Of a DNA stretch of 64,000 bases, positions 25,781-32,958 are shown one piece after another (positions within the stretch are counted from its first letter, which is position 1; every line of letters begins with the position of its first letter). The stretch comes from Dehalococcoidia bacterium. GTDB lineage: Bacteria > Chloroflexota > Dehalococcoidia > Lucifugimonadales > JAGWBF01. Where the stretch lies: the NCBI GenBank assembly GCA_965224415.1, contig CBDCZB010000004.1, positions 801,660 through 865,659 of the forward strand. Reading direction: 5' to 3'. A program made the position numbers and the translations under genes. The notes under the pieces were generated by a model that saw only the letters and a list, made by a program, of their open reading frames with translations, made no database searches and was not told where the DNA came from.

Positions 25781-26968
25781 ATGCAAATGAAGTTCACGGA
25801 TGAGCAGGAAGCCTTCCGCCAGGAAATACTTGACTTCTTCAATGAGGTTTTGCCCAGCGCCTGGGAGCCTATGGAGCTGGGCGGCATGTACCACCCCGAC
25901 CATCGCGAGTTCACCGCCCTCATGGCAAAGAAGCTGGCGGAAAATGGCTGGCTCACCATGCACTGGCCTGTGGAGTATGGCGGCCAGGGCAGATCCCACG
26001 TAGAGCAGGCCATATACAGCGACGAGGTCTCCTACATGGGCGTTCCAGGAACGGACCTGGGAGCGGGAGCCGTGGGTTGGATAGGCCCAACCCTCATACG
26101 CTACGGCACTGAAGAGCAGAAGAAGGAGCACCTGCCGCCCATAACCAGGGCCGAACGGTACTGGTGCACCTTGTACAGCGAACCCGAGGCCGGCTCCGAC
26201 CTGGCCAGCCTTCAGACCAGCGCCATCCAGGACGGGGACGACTTCGTGGTGAACGGCTCCAAGATTTGGAACTCCGGCGCACACATCGCCGACTGGGGCT
26301 GGCTTGCGGCCCGGACCGACCCCGACGCGCCCAAGCACCGGGGCATCAGCCTAATGATGGTGGACATGAAGACTCCCGGCGTCACCGTCCGGCCCGTCAT
26401 CAAGATGACAGGCGACCACGAGTTCAACCAGGTCTTCTTTGACAACGTCCGTGTCCCCAAGAGCAACCTCGTGGGCGAGCTGGACCAGGGCTGGTACACC
26501 ATGGCCGTGGCGCTGGACTTCGAACGGTCAGGCGTATACTTCCCCGCAGTGGCCAGAAGGAACCTGGAGACGCTGGTGCAATACGCCCAAGAAACCACCC
26601 ACGGCGGCCAACCACTGTCCCAGAACAAGGTCGTGCGGAACAAGCTGGCGGACGCGGCCATCGACGTGGAGGTCTCCCGCTGGCTCTCTTACAGGGTGGC
26701 CTGGATGCAGGGTGAAGGCATGGTCCCCAACTACGAAGCCTCGATGGCCAAGGTCTACGGTTCGGAGCTCCAGATTAGGCTGGCCAACACAGGCATGGAG
26801 ATTCTGGGCCAGTACGGACAGCTGTGGAAGGGTTCCAAGTGGGCCAGACTCTCCGGTTCCTTCGCCCATACCTACCTAAACGCCTTTTCCTTCAACATAG
26901 CCGGAGGCACCGGAGAAATCCAGCGGAACATTATGGCCACCAGGGGCCTGGGGCTGCCCCGGCGTTAG
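25781..26968 (+). CDS. Acyl-CoA dehydrogenase family protein (tandem paralogue 2 of 3)
   Basis: 395 aa, collinear with the other two paralogues, with most positions identical by eye. Confidence 0.85.
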   Translation: MQMKFTDEQEAFRQEILDFFNEVLPSAWEPMELGGMYHPDHREFTALMAKKLAENGWLTMHWPVEYGGQGRSHVEQAIYSDEVSYMGVPGTDLGAGAVGWIGPTLIRYGTEEQKKEHLPPITRAERYWCTLYSEPEAGSDLASLQTSAIQDGDDFVVNGSKIWNSGAHIADWGWLAARTDPDAPKHRGISLMMVDMKTPGVTVRPVIKMTGDHEFNQVFFDNVRVPKSNLVGELDQGWYTMAVALDFERSGVYFPAVARRNLETLVQYAQETTHGGQPLSQNKVVRNKLADAAIDVEVSRWLSYRVAWMQGEGMVPNYEASMAKVYGSELQIRLANTGMEILGQYGQLWKGSKWARLSGSFAHTYLNAFSFNIAGGTGEIQRNIMATRGLGLPRR

Positions 26969-27100
26969 CCCCTTCTCCCCCTCATCCTAACCTTCTCCCG
27001 CCTGTGGGGATGAGGCAAGCCCACTTTACACCCAACTCCGTCTTTCCGGCGCAGGCCTGAATCCAGTCCCGCCGCGGCGGAGAGAGGGCTCTTGTGGGGA
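26965..27100. repeat. GC-rich palindromic intergenic element, composite copy C
   Basis: Contains CCGTCTTTCCGGCGCAGGCCTGAATCCAG, which is the reverse complement of copy A's CTGGATTCCGGCCTGCGCCGGAAAGACGG with 1 mismatch. Also has a CCTCATCC...GGGATGAGG hairpin and a forward GGAGAGAGGGCTCTTGTGGGG arm. Confidence 0.55.
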
Positions 27101-27173
27101 AAGTTGACCGCCTGCGTTCCAGGCCATAGACTTGTCGCTAGCCTATTAGCCAAGTGTCCCGCCGGAGGAGCCT

Positions 27174-28361
27174 ATGCACATGGAGTTCACCCCGGAGCAA
27201 GAAGCCTTTCGCCAGGAGATAAAGGACTTCTTCAAAGAAACGCTGCCTGCCGACTTCGAGCCTATGGATTCCGGGGCCATGTACCATGCCGACACCCGGG
27301 AGTTTGCCCACAACATGGCCAAGAAGCTGTCCGCAAAGGGATGGCTCACTATGCACTGGCCCATCGAGTACGGAGGCCAGAGCAGGTCCTACATCGAACA
27401 GGCCATATACAGTGACGAGGTGGCCTATCACGGTTCTCCCGGCACCGATGTTGGCGGAGGGGCCGTGGCCTGGATTGGGCCGACCATCATACGATTCGGC
27501 ACCGAGGAGCAAAAGAAGGAACACCTGCCCCCGATCACCAGAGCAGAGAAGTATTGGACCACGCTGTACAGCGAACCGGAGACCGGCTCCGACCTGGCCG
27601 GACTGATAACCTCGGCCACCGAAGATGGCGACGAATACGTAATCAACGGGTCCAAGATATGGAACTCAGGCGCCCACATCGCCGACTGGGGCTGGATAGC
27701 CGTCAGGACCAACCCCGACGCTCCCAAGCACCGGGGTATAAGCCTGATGATGGTGGACATGACGACCCCCGGAATCACCGTCCGGCCCGTCATAAAGATG
27801 ACCGGCGAACATGAGTTCAACCAAGTCTACTTTGACAACGTCCGGGTGCCCAAGAAGAACCTCATCGGAGAGCAGGACCGGGGCTGGTACACAATGGCGG
27901 TGGCTCTGGACTTCGAGCGGGCCGGAGTCCACTACTCTTCGAACGGCAGAAGGAACCTGGAGCGCCTGGTGGAGTACGCCAGGGAGACCAACTACAACGG
28001 CAAGCCTCTTTCGCAGAATAAAGTCGTCCGAAACAAGCTCGTGAACCTGGCCGTCGAGATACAGGCCTCCCGATGGATTGCCTACAGAGTCGCCTGGATG
28101 CAGGGCCAGGGCCAGGTGCCCAACTACGAGGCGTCGATGTCCAAGGTATTCGGCTCAGAGTTGCAGCAGAAGGTGGCCAACACAGGCATGGAAATCCTGG
28201 GCCAGTACGGGCAGCTATGGAAGAACTCCAAGTGGGTTAAGCTCCGGGGCAGCCTCTCCAGGGCGTATCTCAACCAATTCGGTGCGAACATCGCCGGCGG
28301 AACGGGCGAGATACAGCGGAACATCATAGCCACCAGGGGCTTGGGACTGCCCCGCCAGTAG
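27174..28361 (+). CDS. Acyl-CoA dehydrogenase family protein (tandem paralogue 3 of 3)
   Basis: 395 aa with the same motifs as paralogues 1 and 2. Confidence 0.85.
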   Translation: MHMEFTPEQEAFRQEIKDFFKETLPADFEPMDSGAMYHADTREFAHNMAKKLSAKGWLTMHWPIEYGGQSRSYIEQAIYSDEVAYHGSPGTDVGGGAVAWIGPTIIRFGTEEQKKEHLPPITRAEKYWTTLYSEPETGSDLAGLITSATEDGDEYVINGSKIWNSGAHIADWGWIAVRTNPDAPKHRGISLMMVDMTTPGITVRPVIKMTGEHEFNQVYFDNVRVPKKNLIGEQDRGWYTMAVALDFERAGVHYSSNGRRNLERLVEYARETNYNGKPLSQNKVVRNKLVNLAVEIQASRWIAYRVAWMQGQGQVPNYEASMSKVFGSELQQKVANTGMEILGQYGQLWKNSKWVKLRGSLSRAYLNQFGANIAGGTGEIQRNIIATRGLGLPRQ

Positions 28362-28395
28362 GGTCAACGCGGGATTAGATTTATAGGGGGCGGCA

Positions 28396-29553
28396 ATGTC
28401 ATATAAGGAACTTCGGGGCAAAGTAGCCATCGTCGGCGCTGATGAAGCCGACGAAAACGGCGTCCAGCCCAACAAGTCGGTCTTGCAACTCCACGCCGAA
28501 GGCGCGGTGAACGCCATGCACGACGCCGGCCTGAAAAAGAGCGACATTGACGGCCTCTTCACGGCCGGCACCAACGCCGCTGTCCTGGCCGAATACCTGG
28601 GCATGAGGCCCCGGTATGTCGACGGCACGACTGTGGGAGGCTGCTCCTTCGTGATTATGATGGAGCACGCCATGTTGGCCCTTGAACATGGAATGTGCGA
28701 CTACGCCCTCATCAGCCACGGCCAGAGCGGACGCAGCCGCATCGGAGAACCCCGCGCCCCCGTGGACCCATCCACGCCCGCAGGCCAGTTCGAGCAGCCC
28801 TTCGGAGCCCTTGGCCCTCCTACTCTGTTCTCGATGCCCATCCTCAGGTACATGAAGGAGACGGGAACCACTCTGGAGAACCTGGCCGAGGTGGCAGTGG
28901 CCACCCGAAAATGGGCCAGCCTCAATCCCAGGGCCATAATGCGGGAACCCCAGACCGTCGACGACGTGCTCAGCGCCCGGATGATATGCTACCCCCTCAC
29001 CTTGCCCATGTGCTGCCTGGTCACCGACGCTGCAGGATCAGTCATACTCACCACCGCCGACCGGGCCAAGGACTTGAAGCAGAAGCCAGTCTATCTGCTG
29101 GGGACGGGAGAGGCCCTAAGCCACTGGAGCATAGGACAGATGCCCGACTTCACCTGGTCCCACGCCTTCGAGACATCGGGCCAACGGGCTTTCGACATGG
29201 CAGGCGTAAAGCACGAGGACATTGATGTCGTGGAGTTTTACGACGCCTTCGTCCACACCCCCATCTTTGCCATCGAGGCGCTGGGGTTCTGCCCCAGAGG
29301 TGAGGGCGGTAGATTCGTTTCGGGCCAGAGGACCGCTCCCGGCGGAGAGTTCCCGATGAACACCAACGGCGGCGGCCTCTCCTACACCCACCCGGGGATG
29401 TACGGGATGTTCATCATACTGGAGGCCGTACGCCAGCTCCGGAGCCAGGGCGGAGACCGCCAGGTGGAGGGCGCCAAGACAGCCGTAGTGCATGGGCCGG
29501 GCGGAATGTTCGCCGCCTCTGGGACTGCCATTCTTGGCGTTGAGGTGCCGTAA
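28396..29553 (+). CDS. Thiolase-like / lipid-transfer (Ltp-type) protein
   Basis: VAIVGADEADE N-terminus, CCLVTDAAGSVILT, NTNGGGLSYTHPG. Followed by a DUF35 gene. Confidence 0.75.
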   Translation: MSYKELRGKVAIVGADEADENGVQPNKSVLQLHAEGAVNAMHDAGLKKSDIDGLFTAGTNAAVLAEYLGMRPRYVDGTTVGGCSFVIMMEHAMLALEHGMCDYALISHGQSGRSRIGEPRAPVDPSTPAGQFEQPFGALGPPTLFSMPILRYMKETGTTLENLAEVAVATRKWASLNPRAIMREPQTVDDVLSARMICYPLTLPMCCLVTDAAGSVILTTADRAKDLKQKPVYLLGTGEALSHWSIGQMPDFTWSHAFETSGQRAFDMAGVKHEDIDVVEFYDAFVHTPIFAIEALGFCPRGEGGRFVSGQRTAPGGEFPMNTNGGGLSYTHPGMYGMFIILEAVRQLRSQGGDRQVEGAKTAVVHGPGGMFAASGTAILGVEVP

Positions 29554-29615
29554 CTTGCGCCGGAATCCTTTAGTCACCAACTTCCCATGCCGTCAACCTC
29601 GATAGGAGAAACCCA

Positions 29616-30029
29616 ATGACGACACCGCAAAAGCCGCTTCCCAAAGCCACACCTGAAACAGAAGCCTTCTGGCAAGGCTGCAAAGAGGGAAAGCTGACGC
29701 TGCCGCGCTGCGGCGACTGCAACCAGCTCCACTACTACCCCAGGGCCATATGCCCCCACTGCTGGGGCCGAACATTGACCTGGGAGGAGTTGAGCGGCAA
29801 GGGCAAGCTCTACAGCTACGTCATAAGCCACCGCCCGGCGCCCGGCTTCCAGGAAGAAACGCCTTACGCCATTGCCGTTGTGGAACTGGACGAGGGGCCT
29901 CGCATGATGACCAACCTCACCGGCGTCGACCAGACGCCTGAAGCCCTCGTGCTGGACATGCCCCTGGAAATCACCTTCGAGGAGGTCACCGAAGAGGTGA
30001 CCATGTTCAAGTTCAAGCCCACGGGGTAG
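29616..30029 (+). CDS. DUF35 Zn-ribbon/OB-fold protein
   Basis: CGDCNQLHYYPRAICPHC Zn-ribbon plus an OB segment (GKGKLYSYV...IAVVEL). Confidence 0.8.
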   Translation: MTTPQKPLPKATPETEAFWQGCKEGKLTLPRCGDCNQLHYYPRAICPHCWGRTLTWEELSGKGKLYSYVISHRPAPGFQEETPYAIAVVELDEGPRMMTNLTGVDQTPEALVLDMPLEITFEEVTEEVTMFKFKPTG

Positions 30030-30108
30030 TGTGTAAGGGGCTTTCAATCAGGCCTCGGTCTGCTAGATCCATAGGCCGTCCGTTGGTACCGGAAGAATGC
30101 AGTGTGGC

Positions 30109-30315
30109 CTAGACATCCACCAGGATGGTTTGGGATTGGGGTTCAGGGATAGGGTCGCCGCTTTCCCGTAGCATCTCAAGGTGATAGATGACAGCCTGTC
30201 GGATCAACTCTTCCGTTTCTTCCCGGGTCTCCGCCACTGCTACGCACCCTGGAAGGTCGGGGACATACGCACCGTAACTCGTCAGTCCCTTTTCTACTAT
30301 TACTGCGTACTTCAT
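30109..30315 (-). CDS. HicB-family antitoxin-like protein (UPF0150 type), orphan
   Basis: MKYAVIVEKGLTSYGAYVPDLPGCVAVAETREETEELIRQAV is the classic HicB N-terminal domain. Only 53 bp separate it from the next gene, so there is no room for hicA. Confidence 0.7.
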   Translation of the reverse strand: MKYAVIVEKGLTSYGAYVPDLPGCVAVAETREETEELIRQAVIYHLEMLRESGDPIPEPQSQTILVDV

Positions 30316-30368
30316 GGAGCCTCCTTACCGGAGTCCCGCTTGCGTCATTGGGCACGCCCAGAACGATG

Positions 30369-31547
30369 CTAACCGCGGCGGCGGAGGGGGGCGCTGGCCT
30401 CGTGCAGGAACCCCAGTATCTCCCGGTAGGAGCGGACCACGCCCGTTTCGTAGAACTCGACGGATCGGCTGTTGCAGAAGTCCCGAATCACTCCCTGGGC
30501 TTCCTTGAACTTGTTGCGGGGCATGTTGGGGAAGAGGTGGTGCTCAATCTGGTAGTTGAGGCCGCCGTACACAAAGTCGTTGACCACGCTGCCGGTCACG
30601 TTACGGGTGGTGAGCACCTGTCTGCGGAAAAAGTCCAGCTTGGTGTTCTTGTCCACCATCAACATGCCCTTGTGGTTGGTGGCGAAAATGGACCCCAGGT
30701 ACACGCCAAGAAGCCCCTGGTGCAGCAGGAAGAAGTAGAGGCTGTCCATTCCTCCGATGTGCCAGAAGACTAGGTAGCAGTACACGGGCAGGTGGCCGAA
30801 GACCAGCAGGGCTTCCAGAAACAGGTACTTGACGTTCTTGCCCCGCAAGATGTACTGGCCGCTGTCGGCCCGTATGCTGTATGCCTCTACCAGAAGCAGC
30901 GGGAAGAACAGGAAAGCCTGGTATCGCACTATCCACCTGGCGATCCCCGTCTTGCTCAGGGACTGCTCCTCGGTGAAGGCTATGATGGGCAGGTTCACGT
31001 CGAAGTCGGTGTCTACGTTGTTGGGACTGGCGTGGTGGCGGTTGTGCTTGTCCATCCACCAGCTGCGGTCCAGCCCGATGAGAATCCCGACCATCAGCGA
31101 GACGGCGTCGTTTTTTACTGGAGACTTGAACATCTGACGATGGCCGGAGTCGTGGGCCAGCAACCCCAGCTGGCCGAAGGCAAAGGCCATGAAAACGGCG
31201 TTGAGGAGATGAATCCAGAGAGCGTCGGCAATGATGAGGATGACCACGCTTGCGCCGAGGATGGCCAGGGTTAGGGGAATCTTGAAGGCGTAGTACCCGT
31301 ACTGCCGGTCCAGCAGCCCTCGTTCCGTTACGATACGCTTGAGGGCAATGTAGTCGTCTTCGCCCGTATAGCGGCCCCCTGCGCCGTTGGATTCAATTGC
31401 CGGGGTGGACATGGGCGGCGCCTGGCCGTCTGAAGGTACGGCCCGCCCAACATCCGGCGCTATGTCTATACGTACTGTGTCTGTGGAATCTGTCATGCGT
31501 GACCTTAAGGGCTTGTGGGGAACAATTGTATCCGAGGGTGAAGCCAA
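30369..31547 (-). CDS. Membrane fatty-acid desaturase
   Basis: Three His boxes: HDSGHRQ, HNRHHASPN, QIEHHLFP. The start is uncertain (TTG 31547 in the ORF track, or ATG 31496 MTDSTD). Confidence 0.85.
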   Translation of the reverse strand: MASPSDTIVPHKPLRSRMTDSTDTVRIDIAPDVGRAVPSDGQAPPMSTPAIESNGAGGRYTGEDDYIALKRIVTERGLLDRQYGYYAFKIPLTLAILGASVVILIIADALWIHLLNAVFMAFAFGQLGLLAHDSGHRQMFKSPVKNDAVSLMVGILIGLDRSWWMDKHNRHHASPNNVDTDFDVNLPIIAFTEEQSLSKTGIARWIVRYQAFLFFPLLLVEAYSIRADSGQYILRGKNVKYLFLEALLVFGHLPVYCYLVFWHIGGMDSLYFFLLHQGLLGVYLGSIFATNHKGMLMVDKNTKLDFFRRQVLTTRNVTGSVVNDFVYGGLNYQIEHHLFPNMPRNKFKEAQGVIRDFCNSRSVEFYETGVVRSYREILGFLHEASAPLRRRG

Positions 31548-31803
31548 GTGTCCAGAGCATGGGGATCTCTAACCGAAACAGTCGTGGGGCTTTTTAAGGA
31601 AATCTTGGGGTGGACACGTCCGCTTATTGGATTGAACCTGCTCCGGTCTTGGCATAGACTAACCTCGTAGCATGGAGTGTTTTCAATTGAGGTCTGCTGG
31701 AAAATAGTAAATAGAGAATCACCAGTGGCGCCTCCGCTTGGTAAACCGGTCCGCTGCCCAATGAGAACATGATGCGGGATGCGAATCGTAAGGGAGTGTA
31801 AAA

Positions 31804-32097
31804 ATGCCGATAGAAGACCAGGCCTTTAAGTTCTCGACAAGGTGTGACCAGCCGCTAACCGCGGACTATTTGGAGCAGCTGGCTAAACACATCAGGAGCG
31901 GCCATTTACAGCTTTCAGCGGGGTCGGAAAGCATAGGGCTGACCGTCGTAGGGGAAATCAAGCTGGAGATTGCCGCTGAATCAAGGCTTGGGGAAGGGAA
32001 AAACAGCCTCCGCCTCGAACTCTCGTGGGAAGTCCCCATACCTCCCAAGCAAGAGCCACAGATCCGCATTGAGGGCAGCTCACCTGCTGCTGACTGA
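31804..32097 (+). CDS. Hypothetical protein (possibly amphi-Trp domain type)
   Basis: 97-aa ORF whose second half, GEIKLEIAAESRLGEGKNSLRLELSWE, resembles the beta-rich ...ELELKW pattern of amphi-Trp domain proteins. Weak. Confidence 0.35.
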   Translation: MPIEDQAFKFSTRCDQPLTADYLEQLAKHIRSGHLQLSAGSESIGLTVVGEIKLEIAAESRLGEGKNSLRLELSWEVPIPPKQEPQIRIEGSSPAAD

Positions 32098-32327
32098 ACC
32101 GACAAAGACCGCTCCAGAGAGAGCGATTCCACAGATTAGTCGCCTCTGACTCGGAAGCCCCGACCCGACCTCCGGCGCCAAGACGTCATCCGAATGAGTG
32201 CGGTGACAGCTCAATAGATGGAACCCGCCCGTAACGCCTATGGCAAGCGCCATAAAGAACCAGGGCGACTTGATCGACAACCCAGATTCAGCATCGATGT
32301 TGGCGCCTTCGATGCCGACCCGAATTA

Positions 32328-32423
32328 TGGCGGGAGTGGGAGGGAGTCGAACCCACCTACCCCGTGCTAACGAGGCACAACGGATTTGAAGTCCGCAAGA
32401 GCCACCGGGCCCCATCCACTCCC
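32328..32423 (-). tRNA. selC: tRNA-Sec (selenocysteine tRNA, anticodon TCA)
   Basis: 96 nt, folded by hand. 8-bp acceptor GGGAGUGG/CCACUCCC plus G plus CCA. 6-bp D-stem (GGGGCC/GGCUCU) with a 4-nt loop. Anticodon loop CUUCAAA. Long variable arm (GUGC...GCAC). T-loop UUCGACU. The 8-bp acceptor and 6-bp D-stem are the bacterial tRNA-Sec hallmarks. Confidence 0.9.
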
Positions 32424-32455
32424 ATTGCCGAGAGCGAGGCCGACGTTGGGACAGC

Positions 32456-32782
32456 CTATCCCAGCGCCGAATCTATCTTCTTCTGCAGGGTCCCCTTGGG
32501 CACGGCGCCTACGATTTGATCCACCGGCTGTCCGTCTTTGAACAACAGCAAAGTCGGTATGCTGCGTATACCGTATGCCATAGCGGTCCGGGGGTTGGAG
32601 TCCACGTCCACTTTGGCGAATTCCACTTTGCCGTCGTATTCGTTGGACAATTCGTCGACTATGGGCGCGACCATCTTGCAGGGCATGCACCAGTCAGCCC
32701 AGAAGTCCACCAGAACGGGCAACTCGGACTTCACGACCTTTTCATCAAAGTCCGCATCGGTCACTGCAACAGGTCCAGCCAT
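32456..32782 (-). CDS. trxA: Thioredoxin
   Basis: 108 aa with WADWCMPCKM active site and the cis-Pro region SIPTLLLF. Confidence 0.9.
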   Translation of the reverse strand: MAGPVAVTDADFDEKVVKSELPVLVDFWADWCMPCKMVAPIVDELSNEYDGKVEFAKVDVDSNPRTAMAYGIRSIPTLLLFKDGQPVDQIVGAVPKGTLQKKIDSALG

Positions 32783-32958
32783 CTATGTCTCCTTCGTAGG
32801 TGGACGTTCCTTTGGAACGCTGACGCCGTACTCACCTCAAGGTGGATTGGGTACAAGGTCAAGTGTATACGCCCCCCTTGTTTGGGTCAACCTACCGGGG
32901 TCCCGCTGCCTTGGCGCTTTCGCACGGTTGGGTTTATAGTGAGCGCCGGAGCAAGCCC

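Noticed and set aside
22744-26338. Series of long minus-strand ORFs (22744..23562, 24378..25388, 25643..26338)
   Set aside because: All are antisense to thiolase-like or ACAD genes with strong family motifs, so they are shadow ORFs.
32080-32415. 111-aa minus-strand ORF
   Set aside because: It overlaps the tRNA-Sec gene, and the region is better explained by the tRNA.
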